From Thermodesulfobacteriota bacterium (GTDB taxonomy: Bacteria; Desulfobacterota_D; UBA1144; Nemesobacterales; Nemesobacteraceae): a DNA stretch of 64,000 bases. The stretch's first letter is position 1, and every line of letters starts with the position of its first letter. The notes under the pieces are model-generated. The model did no database searches. It saw only the letters and a list, made by a program, of their open reading frames with translations, and had not been told where the DNA came from. The DNA is taken from positions 64,644 through 128,643 of the forward strand of contig OZ240231.1 in assembly GCA_965197885.1 (NCBI GenBank), given 5' to 3'. Of the stretch, positions 51,064 to 60,222 are shown one piece after another. Both the position numbers and the translations under genes were made by a program.

Positions 51064-52617
51064 ATGGAAATCAAGGAAGATCATAAGCGCAAGTGGGGTC
51101 TTGTAAGTTTCCTCACCCTTCTAAGCAGGATCGTCGGATACCTGCGGGACGTTGTGGTGGCGGCGCTTTTCGGAGCGGGTTTTCAAACCGACGCTTTCTA
51201 TGTCGCGTTCCGCATCCCCAACCTGTTGCGCCGCCTTTTCGCCGAAGGATCTCTGGCGGCGGTCTTCGTACCTATATTCTCGGAGTATCTTGAATCGGGT
51301 GACAGGCGGAAGGCGAAGGACGCCCTGCGTTCCGCGTTCACCGTACTTTTCATCATTCTTGTTTTCGTGGTGGTGCTGGGAGTAATTTTTTCCCCCTGGC
51401 TTGTGAAGCTTTTCGCCTACGGATTCGATCAGAAGACTTTCGATCTGGCGGTCTATCTTAACAGGCTTATTTTTCCTTACGTGCTTTTCATTTCTCTTAC
51501 GGCCTTGGCAATGGGGGTTCTTAACTCCCTAAGGCATTTTTTCGCTCCGGCTTTTTCTCCGGTTCTTTTTAACCTGTGCATAATCGCAAGCGCCCTGTTT
51601 CTTTACAAAGAACTTGAGGTGCCTATAGTCTCTCTTTGCTTCGGGGTTCTTGGCGGAGGGGTGCTGCAGCTGCTGCTCCACCTGTTTTATCTTCGCGAAA
51701 AAAAGTTCATGTTCGGGTTCACGAAAACCCTAAATCACCCGGCGGTCAGGAAACTCGCGCTACTCATGTTCCCCCAGCTTTTCGGGATAGCGGTCTACAA
51801 CCTGAATATACTAGTAAACACCCAGTACGCGTCTTTTATGTCTGAGGGAACGGTTTCCTATCTTTATTTCGCGGAGAGGATAATAGAGTTCCCCCTCGGG
51901 GTGGTCGCCGTTTCCCTTGCGACCGTCACGCTTCCCGCGCTTTCAGGCTACGCGGCAAGGAAGGATTACGGGGGGTTCGGCACAGAATATCTGCGCTCGC
52001 TCAGGCGCATGCTGTTTATAATGGTGCCCGCTATGGTCGGGATAGTTGCCTTGCGGGTTCCCCTCTGCAACTTCCTTTATCAGCATGGCGAATTTGATTA
52101 TGTGGCGGTTATAAACACTTCCCAGGCAATTCTGGGCTACGGCCTCGGGCTTTTCGCCGTGGGAGGAATTCGTATCACCGTACCCGCCTTTTTCGCTCTT
52201 CAAGATACAAAGACGCCGGTCAAGGTGGCGTTTTTCTGTTTCCTGCTGAACGCAGTCTGCGGGTTCGTTCTGGGATTTGTCTTTTCGCTTGACCATTTCG
52301 GTCTGGCCCTTGCGAGTTCGATTTCTTCTGTGATGAACTTTATTCTGCTTGTGTTTCTTCTAAACGGCCGTCTGGGACATGTTCTCTCTCGTGACACCTT
52401 CTCCTTCTTGCTTAGAATTCTTGTGATCTCGGTTATTATGGGTTTTGCGGTAAGTGCTGTTGCCGGTTTCTTTACGTGGAACGAGACTGGTTTTTCCATC
52501 GATAAGACGCTTGTTATGGTTGCCTCGGTTGCTGTCGGCATTCTCCTTTACTTTTTGCTCGCAAGACTTCTCGGAATAAAGGAAGCGCGGATGTTTTCGT
52601 TTAGGAAAGAGGAATGA
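51064..52617 (+). CDS. murJ: Lipid II flippase
   Basis: SRIVG..RD, FRIPNLLRRLFAEG, R..EFPLG; many TM helices. Confidence 0.96.
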   Translation: MEIKEDHKRKWGLVSFLTLLSRIVGYLRDVVVAALFGAGFQTDAFYVAFRIPNLLRRLFAEGSLAAVFVPIFSEYLESGDRRKAKDALRSAFTVLFIILVFVVVLGVIFSPWLVKLFAYGFDQKTFDLAVYLNRLIFPYVLFISLTALAMGVLNSLRHFFAPAFSPVLFNLCIIASALFLYKELEVPIVSLCFGVLGGGVLQLLLHLFYLREKKFMFGFTKTLNHPAVRKLALLMFPQLFGIAVYNLNILVNTQYASFMSEGTVSYLYFAERIIEFPLGVVAVSLATVTLPALSGYAARKDYGGFGTEYLRSLRRMLFIMVPAMVGIVALRVPLCNFLYQHGEFDYVAVINTSQAILGYGLGLFAVGGIRITVPAFFALQDTKTPVKVAFFCFLLNAVCGFVLGFVFSLDHFGLALASSISSVMNFILLVFLLNGRLGHVLSRDTFSFLLRILVISVIMGFAVSAVAGFFTWNETGFSIDKTLVMVASVAVGILLYFLLARLLGIKEARMFSFRKEE

Positions 52618-52737
52618 GGCTTAAGCGGCTTGTCCGCTTTCTGGCCTTTTGGTATTCTTGGTAACGCGGAGGCAGGAATTTAATTCTTGTGTGTACGGGA
52701 AATGGCAGATTGCCGTGTCCCCTAGGCAGAAATCCTT

Positions 52738-53349
52738 ATGGATGAACTTGAAAACCTGGGTCAGCAGGATCTCCAAGCCCTAAAAGAAAAATACGAGTAT
52801 ACCTCAAGAGTCTTTCCAGACTCCGAATCGCTACTCGCTTTAGCTGAGGTCTATCTCGCACTTAGACAGGTAACAAAGGCCAGAAAGACTGTTTCCGATT
52901 TCACCCTTAACAAAGGTGATAGCAGCCGTGCGAGGTTTGTTCTCGCAAAAGCTCATCTTATGTGCTGGAATGCCACCGAGGCCGAGGAGGAACTTAGAAA
53001 AGCTCTTGAGCTTGACCCCCGCGACTCCCGAGCTTCCAAACTCCTTGCCTACATATACAGGAGCAATGGAAAGATAGGCGAAGCTTTCAGGGTTTCCTTG
53101 TTTTCTAGTTCCGGTTCGCTGAGCCAGGGAGAAAAACTACGAAAACCCAGAGAACCTTCCCCCGCACTGGAAAAAAAGAGCAAAACACGGGCCGGGATTT
53201 TCGAAACGGACACGATGCTTAATCTTTATATATCCCAAGGGCTTTACGAGGATGCTCTCAAGATAGTTAGAACCCTATGCGAAATCGAACCCGAGAACTT
53301 GACTTACCGCAGCAAGCGAGAAGAGATAGAAATCCTGCTTGGCAAATAG
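52738..53349 (+). CDS. TPR-containing hypothetical protein
   Basis: TPR-like helices (LAKAHL...AEEELRKALELDP); C-terminal T.TM..LY..QG...DAL motif. Confidence 0.7.
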   Translation: MDELENLGQQDLQALKEKYEYTSRVFPDSESLLALAEVYLALRQVTKARKTVSDFTLNKGDSSRARFVLAKAHLMCWNATEAEEELRKALELDPRDSRASKLLAYIYRSNGKIGEAFRVSLFSSSGSLSQGEKLRKPREPSPALEKKSKTRAGIFETDTMLNLYISQGLYEDALKIVRTLCEIEPENLTYRSKREEIEILLGK

Positions 53350-53354
53350 GATCC

Positions 53355-54605
53355 TCAAGCTGGATACTTTCTTTTTGAGCGGTTTTTCAGTAAGGTTGCC
53401 GTAAGCAGAAAGAATGCAATCAGAACCAAGTTGAATGCGGTACTTTTCTGGTTAGCGTCATCTCCAGAGATAACACACCCGCCATCGCTTTCCTTCTGCG
53501 CGGTCGTATCTTGTGGATAAACTCCGGCGCCGACTATAACATTGCCTAATGGTGCTCGAACGCTTTTAACATAACTAAGCTTGGGCGTAATGCCGGGGCT
53601 TAAGTCCTTTCTGCCACCTTCTTTGAATCTAAGATCGTCGTCATTTGGATCATCTGGATTATCCCAACGATATTCAACGAATCCTTCAGGATTCTCAGGC
53701 AGTAGATCAAGCTCCGGGCATTCCCTGTCCTCGCCTCTTATCACCCTGATTATCTCTTCTCCGACATTACAGTTGTTTATGTCAGTTATATCAAGAGATG
53801 TGTCCTCAAGGGAAGGGTCATTCGCGTTAAATATCACTTCATTATTGTCAAGCATAATGAAAATGTAGATATCTCCCTTTCTCCAAGGTCCGTCTGTTCT
53901 TCTGAGCACCGGGCGAAATCTGCTAAAAGAAGGAGGACCACCCTCGCCGAATTTGTTTTCTAAGGCATAAGCTGCCTCTTCTACGAAGCTTTTTAAGGTC
54001 TCTGCGTTTATTACGTCACCTGCTTCTGTGCCAGGTTCATAGCTACTGCCTGGAAGATCACGAAAATCTTCTTCAGGCAACTTTTCGTGGTGGAGACCTC
54101 CGATAATGACGCGGTCAACTGTCCCGGTGCGAGTGGGAATTGAACTGTTGATGGCACAGGCATATCTGCCCATCACGCCTTCATGATCATCATACCTGAG
54201 ACAGACTACTTCTTCGCTTCTGTTTTCATTCATGGCGGCGGTTTCCTCTTCTTTTACCATATTGATGAGGGATACAAAATTCCCAAAAACAGTCAAATCC
54301 CTGTCTTCCGCTTCTTGATCACCTGCGTGCATGAATGCTGATTTTCTATCCTCATTCACCACAATTAAGTAGAGATTCTTGGGTTCTGATTTCCAAGGCC
54401 CGCCGCTATCCTTTGCCTCTTTGCGAAATGGGAGTGATATTTCAAGAAACCTGTCCCTTGCACTTATTACGAAATTTGCCACGCTCTGTTCGTCAGTCAC
54501 GTCCACATCACTCGCATTCTGTGCGAGAACTAAACGCATATCGGAGAAAAGGCTTAAGATTACCAGAATGGATGAAAATACTAATAACTTTACTGCGGTT
54601 TTCAT
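53355..54605 (-). CDS. Exported tandem Cache-like domain protein with Cys-containing C-terminal TM anchor
   Basis: Signal peptide; GPW..G.IYIFIM..N.V.FNA, GFVEY.WDNP, PKLSYV, VGAGVY; ESDGGCVISG + TM + KNRSKRK. Confidence 0.8.
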   Translation of the reverse strand: MKTAVKLLVFSSILVILSLFSDMRLVLAQNASDVDVTDEQSVANFVISARDRFLEISLPFRKEAKDSGGPWKSEPKNLYLIVVNEDRKSAFMHAGDQEAEDRDLTVFGNFVSLINMVKEEETAAMNENRSEEVVCLRYDDHEGVMGRYACAINSSIPTRTGTVDRVIIGGLHHEKLPEEDFRDLPGSSYEPGTEAGDVINAETLKSFVEEAAYALENKFGEGGPPSFSRFRPVLRRTDGPWRKGDIYIFIMLDNNEVIFNANDPSLEDTSLDITDINNCNVGEEIIRVIRGEDRECPELDLLPENPEGFVEYRWDNPDDPNDDDLRFKEGGRKDLSPGITPKLSYVKSVRAPLGNVIVGAGVYPQDTTAQKESDGGCVISGDDANQKSTAFNLVLIAFFLLTATLLKNRSKRKYPA

Positions 54606-54622
54606 GAAATGCCCCCTATTTG

Positions 54623-54641
54623 ATTGGTTAGACTAACCTTT
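54623..54641. promoter_or_regulatory. DtxR/IdeR-like palindromic operator upstream of the Cache-CTERM gene
   Basis: ATTGGTTAGACTAACCTTT, perfect core GGTTAG-N-CTAACC, 15/19 match to TWAGGTWAGSCTWACCTWA. Confidence 0.5.
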
Positions 54642-54946
54642 CGTTACTAAAACATAAGGCAAGCAACTTTGTCAACTTTTGGACAGCTTTATGTAGTGTG
54701 TAAAGCATTGGACCGCGGCAATTCCCGAATCCATTTTTCCATCCGCAACTACGCGGGATAGGTCCATCGGCGTTTTTACCCGATCTCTCTCCCGCGAGCG
54801 ATAAGGACGAACACTTTTTGCTTCGGCAGGAGGGTGAGAGTTCGGGTGATTTCAACCTTGAATGTCTTAAATGAAAGCGATGGGAAAATTGCGGCAGTTG
54901 AATATACGCAGCTGTTTAATTATTCTTACCCCGAGGTGTTTGTCCC

Positions 54947-55402
54947 ATGGAAATAATTGTCATCAACGGTCCGAATCTCAACATGCTGGGCAAAAGGGAA
55001 CCGGAGATTTACGGAAGTCTCACCCTTTCTGACATTCAGTCTTTTCTTTCTTCTAACACCGAGGCTTTGGGCGAGAATGTCCGGCTTTCCTTCTTTCAGT
55101 CAAATTCGGAAGGAGAGATAGTCACTGCCATACAGGACGCCTACGGTAAGTTTGACGGAATAATCATAAACCCCGGCGCCTATACTCATACGAGCGTCGC
55201 CATAAGGGACGCCATACTTTCAACCGGAATGCCTGTTGTGGAAGTTCACATTTCCAATATATACAAAAGAGAGGACTTCAGGCAGAAATCGTTTGTCTCG
55301 GGAGTATCGGTCGGTGTAGTGTCGGGTTTCGGGGCGCGCAGCTATTACCTCGGTCTTGTGGGGCTCGTTGAACACCTGAGGAAAGAAGGCGCCTCTTCCT
55401 GA
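54947..55402 (+). CDS. aroQ: Type II 3-dehydroquinate dehydratase
   Basis: [39 protein letters not shown]. Confidence 0.97.
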   Translation: MEIIVINGPNLNMLGKREPEIYGSLTLSDIQSFLSSNTEALGENVRLSFFQSNSEGEIVTAIQDAYGKFDGIIINPGAYTHTSVAIRDAILSTGMPVVEVHISNIYKREDFRQKSFVSGVSVGVVSGFGARSYYLGLVGLVEHLRKEGASS

Positions 55403-55423
55403 ATTTCTTCCCACAGAGTTTTT

Positions 55424-57130
55424 ATGAACGAAAGAAAATGGGTAGTCGCAAGGCCCGCCAAAGGGCCGGTTGAGAAGATTTCGGCAAAGTTCGGCATTCT
55501 GCGGATAACCGCGGGGCTTCTGGTAAACAGGGGGATGAGTTCCGCCCAGGATGCCGAGGCGTTTCTCTCCGCATCCCTCTCGGACCTGCCTTCTCCCTTT
55601 CTGATGAAAGGGATGGAGGAGGCGGTCAGGCGTCTTTGCAGGTGCGTTTACGAAAAAGAAAAAGTCGCCGTTTACGGTGACTACGATGTTGACGGCGTTA
55701 CGGCGACTTCTCTTCTCACTAGTTTTCTAAGGGCTCTTGGCTGCGACGTCACATACTATATTCCCGACAGGTTTACTGAAGGTTACGGCGTAAACTCAAG
55801 CGCGCTTCGCACTCTTAAACAAAAGCAGGTGACCCTTGTGATCTCGGTTGACTGCGGAATTACGGCCGCAGACGAGGTGGCGGAAGCAAAGACGCTGGGG
55901 ATTGACTTCATAGTTACGGATCATCACAGTCTCTTAGGCCAGTTGCCCGAGGCCGCCGCCATTCTTAACCCCCGTCAGACGGACTGCCGGTACCCGGGAA
56001 AGGAACTCGCGGGCGTCGGCGTGGCGTTTAACCTCGCCCTCGCGCTTAGAAGAACGCTGAGGGAGGAAGGATTTTTCAAGACCGTGGCGGAACCCAACAT
56101 GGGGGATTTTCTTGATCTTGTTTCGCTTGGAACGGTCTCTGACCGCGTGCCGGTTGAAAACGTAAACAGGATCATGCTGAAAGAGGGTCTTAAAAGAATG
56201 CGAACCCCCAAGCGGTTGGGCCTGCGCGCTCTTAAGGAGGTAAGCGGTATAAGCGACGGCATCGAGATATTTGATCTTGGCTTTCGTCTTGGCCCAAGGA
56301 TAAACGCGGCGGGCAGGATGGGTTCCGCGGACAAGGCGGTTGAGCTTCTGCTCGCCGACAGCCGGGAAGAAGCTTCCTCTCTCGCGAAATTCCTTGACGA
56401 GCGCAACTTGGAGCGCCGCGGGATTGAAGAGAAAACACTGCGGGACGCGACCCGGATGGTTGAGTCTGCGTCGGGGTACGCAGAGAGCAATTCCCTTGTT
56501 CTCTCCTCCCGCAAATGGCACAAAGGCGTCATAGGTATCGTGGCTTCCTCTCTGGCCGGATCCTGCGGAAAACCCGCTTTTCTGATTTCGGTTGACGAAA
56601 ACGGCGTGGGCAGGGGAAGCGGAAGATCCTTCGGAGGAATCAACATTTTTTCCGTGCTCTCAGAGTGCGAAGATCTTCTCGTTGAGTTCGGGGGACATGC
56701 CTACGCGGCCGGGATAACCGTTTTGGAGGAAAAAGTCGGTCTTTTCAGGGAGAGGTTCTCGCAAGAGCTTGAAAAAAGCGGCCAGAAACCCGAAAGCAGG
56801 CTTGATATAGACTCAGAAATTAGCCTCTCTTCCATAAGCGATGCCCTTGTCTCCGAGATTGAAAGTCTCTCGCCTTTCGGAGAGGGAAATCCCGAGCCTC
56901 TTTTTCTCTCGAGGGCTGTTGATGTGGTGGATCAGAGGTTACTTAAGGATCAGCACGTCCTGTTTAGGGTTAGGGGAGACGATTCTGTGGTTAGCTGCAT
57001 CTGGTTTTACGCTTCCCGCAAGCATCTTCCCGAAAGAATGGACCTGGTTTTCTCCCTGCGCTTCAACGTGCGAAACGGGGAAAGGGAACCCCGCCTTTTC
57101 ATAAGGGACGCCAGGGAGGCGCGCCAGTGA
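55424..57130 (+). CDS. recJ: ssDNA-specific exonuclease
   Basis: GDYDVDG, VDCG, TDHH, PRINAAGR, GSGRS, GGHAYAAG, PFGEGNPEP. Confidence 0.97.
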   Translation: MNERKWVVARPAKGPVEKISAKFGILRITAGLLVNRGMSSAQDAEAFLSASLSDLPSPFLMKGMEEAVRRLCRCVYEKEKVAVYGDYDVDGVTATSLLTSFLRALGCDVTYYIPDRFTEGYGVNSSALRTLKQKQVTLVISVDCGITAADEVAEAKTLGIDFIVTDHHSLLGQLPEAAAILNPRQTDCRYPGKELAGVGVAFNLALALRRTLREEGFFKTVAEPNMGDFLDLVSLGTVSDRVPVENVNRIMLKEGLKRMRTPKRLGLRALKEVSGISDGIEIFDLGFRLGPRINAAGRMGSADKAVELLLADSREEASSLAKFLDERNLERRGIEEKTLRDATRMVESASGYAESNSLVLSSRKWHKGVIGIVASSLAGSCGKPAFLISVDENGVGRGSGRSFGGINIFSVLSECEDLLVEFGGHAYAAGITVLEEKVGLFRERFSQELEKSGQKPESRLDIDSEISLSSISDALVSEIESLSPFGEGNPEPLFLSRAVDVVDQRLLKDQHVLFRVRGDDSVVSCIWFYASRKHLPERMDLVFSLRFNVRNGEREPRLFIRDAREARQ

Positions 57131-57221
57131 ACCCACTGGTCCGGAATTTTTATGGGTCTATGTTTTCAGATAACTGTTATTATAATGTTATGAGCACGTA
57201 GCGTGTAACGGAGGTATTGTT

Positions 57222-58109
57222 ATGAAAGTGAGGCCGAAGCTGCCCAAACTTAATATTTTTTATCCGATAATTTTTATCCTGTTGTTTTTTCTGGTGACAG
57301 GAGTTTTCGTAATAGTGGAAAGCGGGCATGTTGGAGTCGTGCGGACCCTTGGCGCCGTACAGCCCAGGGCGCTTGCCGAGGGATTTCATATGAAAAAACC
57401 TTTCATGGATAAGGTAGAACAGATCGATATCCGTCTTACCGCGGCAAGTGCCAAGGCTGTCTCCGCTTCCAAGGATCTCCAGACGGTACAGACCCAAGTC
57501 ACTCTCCAGTATTCCATTACGGGAGATCTCGCTCCCGTTATATTTCAGAAGATAGGGAAGAGAAGCACCGTGTCGCTGACGCTTATAGAGCCTGCGATAC
57601 AGGAATCGGTAAAGGCCATTACTGCCAAATACACGGCCGAGCAGCTGGTCACCAAGAGGGCCGAGGTGAAGGTCGAGATACAGGAAGCCATAAACAATTT
57701 CATATCAATTACTCTGTCCGAGAAGGAAATTTCTCCCAATGCCCTTAGAATAGCCAACATCGCCATAACCGATTTTGATTTCTCGGATGAGTTCAACAAG
57801 GCGATTGAACTCAAGGTAAAGGCGGAGCAGGAAGCGCTTCAGGCTCTAAACGAGAAAATAAGAAGGGTGACTCAGGCCGAAGCTGCGGCCGAGGAGAAAA
57901 AGCTTGCCGCAAGCGCCCAGGCTTTCCAGATAGAAGTGTCGTCCAAGGCAAGAGCCGAGGCGATTGAAAGGGAAGCCAAGGCGCTTCGAAGCAATCCGCA
58001 GATCATTCAGCTGCGAATCGCGGAGAAGTGGGACGGCACCCTTCCGAAGTTTTCAGGCGGGGGCGCGGTACCTATGCTAAATGTGGATTCTCTTCTAAAA
58101 GAAGAGTAG
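57222..58109 (+). CDS. SPFH/prohibitin (band 7) family protein
   Basis: TM, G.VGV...G, SKDLQ, FS.EF.KAIE.K..AEQ, IEKWDG.LP-like motif. Confidence 0.9.
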   Translation: MKVRPKLPKLNIFYPIIFILLFFLVTGVFVIVESGHVGVVRTLGAVQPRALAEGFHMKKPFMDKVEQIDIRLTAASAKAVSASKDLQTVQTQVTLQYSITGDLAPVIFQKIGKRSTVSLTLIEPAIQESVKAITAKYTAEQLVTKRAEVKVEIQEAINNFISITLSEKEISPNALRIANIAITDFDFSDEFNKAIELKVKAEQEALQALNEKIRRVTQAEAAAEEKKLAASAQAFQIEVSSKARAEAIEREAKALRSNPQIIQLRIAEKWDGTLPKFSGGGAVPMLNVDSLLKEE

Positions 58110-58125
58110 TTCGGGGAGACGCCAT

Positions 58126-58881
58126 ATGTATCCGGTACTTTTAGACCTCGGCGAAGGTCTGGTCGTCTACTCGTATTCGGTATTTCTCGCACTCGGATAT
58201 CTGGTCGCTTACTGGGTGGTGTCCGCGGACGTAAGCCGCAGGAAAATGGACCCGTCCCTCCCCGCAACTCTCCTGCTCGCATGCTTTATCGCGGGACTTG
58301 TGGGAGCCAAGATACTTTTTCTTTACCAGAATGCCACTCTGACCGAGTTTCTCGCTAACCCCGTGCGCTACTTCATATCGGGGTATTCATCGGTGGGCGG
58401 GCTCGTCGGGGTTTTCTGCGCTCTCTGGGTCGTCTCCAGGATCAGAAAAACTGATTTTCAGATTCTTCTTGATCTTGTGTGTCCGGCCCTCATCTTGGGC
58501 TACGGCGTTGGAAGGATAGGGTGTTTCCTTAATGGCTGCGATTACGGAACCGTGTGTTCTCTGCCTTGGGCTGTATCGTTTTCCGAGAGAGTCGTCAGCG
58601 TTCATCCCACTCAGCTCTACGATACGCTGTTTATGGCCCTGCTTTTCGCTTTTCTCTTGAAAATCGGAACTAAAAACTATCCCACGGGCTTTCTGTCGTC
58701 GGTGGGATTCGTGATTCTCGGCACTCAGAGGTTCTTAATTGAGTTCATAAGGGAGACTACCCCGAGCTTTATAGAGGGTCTTTCCCAGGCGCAGCTCGCG
58801 GCTTTGCTGCTTGTGGCCGTTTTTGGGGTAAGGCTGTCTCAGCTTTCCGGCAATGTCCTCGGAAAGCGGGTGCCGGGCTAG
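58126..58881 (+). CDS. lgt: Prolipoprotein diacylglyceryl transferase family protein
   Basis: MYP, GRIGCFLNGCDYG, HPTQLYD, RFLIEFIR. Confidence 0.8.
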   Translation: MYPVLLDLGEGLVVYSYSVFLALGYLVAYWVVSADVSRRKMDPSLPATLLLACFIAGLVGAKILFLYQNATLTEFLANPVRYFISGYSSVGGLVGVFCALWVVSRIRKTDFQILLDLVCPALILGYGVGRIGCFLNGCDYGTVCSLPWAVSFSERVVSVHPTQLYDTLFMALLFAFLLKIGTKNYPTGFLSSVGFVILGTQRFLIEFIRETTPSFIEGLSQAQLAALLLVAVFGVRLSQLSGNVLGKRVPG

Positions 58882-58890
58882 TTTGCTGCT

Positions 58891-60222
58891 ATGCGAAGAA
58901 TTCTGATAATAGGTCTGGGGCAGGTGGGAAATTTCCTCTCGAAGGAGCTTTGCAAGAGCCAGGAAGTCGTGGTCGTCGAAAAAGACGCAGAGCTTATAGC
59001 CAAGGTCAAGGAAACCCAAGATGTTCTGGCCATTGAGGGAAACGGGGATGATCCCGCCGTTCTAAGGCGGGCGGAGATAGAAAAGGCCGATATAGTTCTT
59101 GCGGTTACCGGAGATGACAGGACGAACATCCTCGCCTCGTTTATCGCCCACGCCTGTGGAGTCAAAAAGATAGTTGCCGCTGTAAGAAACGCTAAATATG
59201 CTGAATATGCAGGAGTTATTGAGAATTCAAGCATCTCGGTAGTAAGCTCAAGCAGCATAATCTCGGAGAAGATAAGTGCGCTTATAAGTGCTCCTTTTGC
59301 GGGAAGGGTGGAGTTTTTCGCGAGCGGGAAAATCGAGCTTCTAAAACTCAGGGTGCATGAAGGGGTGCCCATAATAAACGAGAAGCTGAGGAATTTCGTC
59401 AGCAGCCCCAGGAACTGGACATTCGTCGGACTGCAGAGGCAGCACAGAGTGAGCATTCCGCGGGGAGATACGGAGCTTCGCCCGGGAGATTTTGTTTTCG
59501 CTCTCGGAGTTCCTTCGGCCCTTGAGAAGCTTAAAAAGCTGTTTAACCTCAAAATCCAGAAGATCCATTCCGTTATCATAGTCGGTGGGGGCAGGGTGGG
59601 ATGTGAGGTGGCCTCAGCGCTTCATGCGAAAGGACTTTCCGTAAGACTTGTTGAAAGCGACCACGAGCAAGCCAGAATAGCCGCCGAGGAACTTGTCGGC
59701 GTGATGGTGTTTGAAGGTGACGGAACCGACCTCGAGATACTGAAGGAGGCCGGGGTTGAAAAGAGCGATTACCTGCTTGCACTTACAGGTGATGATGAAA
59801 ACAACGTGCTCAGCGCGCTTCTAGCGAAAAACCTCGGCATTGATCGCTGCACGGTGCTTTACTCGAATCCGGATTACGTGGAAGTGCTCGAAGCGATCGG
59901 CATCGACAGGGCCATAAGCGTAAACATGTCTGTGGCAAACGGTATTTTGAACTCGCTTCATCTCGGGGGAGAAGCTAACGTATCGCTTCTTTACGAGGGA
60001 GAGGGGGAAATTCTTGAATTTGATGTAAGCGAACATACGAAAATTCTTGGGGTGCCGCTTTCCGATTGTAAAATGCCCCACGATTCCGTAATAGGCGTCT
60101 GCATAAGGGACGGGAAACCGATATTCCCCGGAGGGGATTTCGTCGCGCAGGCCGGGGACCGCCTGGTGGTGTTTGCCCTGCCCGCCGCCGTAAAAAAGGT
60201 TGAAGAGATACTGGTTTCGTGA
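58891..60222 (+). CDS. trkA: Trk potassium uptake NAD-binding subunit
   Basis: Two RCK_N (GxGxxG) plus RCK_C domains. Confidence 0.93.
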   Translation: MRRILIIGLGQVGNFLSKELCKSQEVVVVEKDAELIAKVKETQDVLAIEGNGDDPAVLRRAEIEKADIVLAVTGDDRTNILASFIAHACGVKKIVAAVRNAKYAEYAGVIENSSISVVSSSSIISEKISALISAPFAGRVEFFASGKIELLKLRVHEGVPIINEKLRNFVSSPRNWTFVGLQRQHRVSIPRGDTELRPGDFVFALGVPSALEKLKKLFNLKIQKIHSVIIVGGGRVGCEVASALHAKGLSVRLVESDHEQARIAAEELVGVMVFEGDGTDLEILKEAGVEKSDYLLALTGDDENNVLSALLAKNLGIDRCTVLYSNPDYVEVLEAIGIDRAISVNMSVANGILNSLHLGGEANVSLLYEGEGEILEFDVSEHTKILGVPLSDCKMPHDSVIGVCIRDGKPIFPGGDFVAQAGDRLVVFALPAAVKKVEEILVS

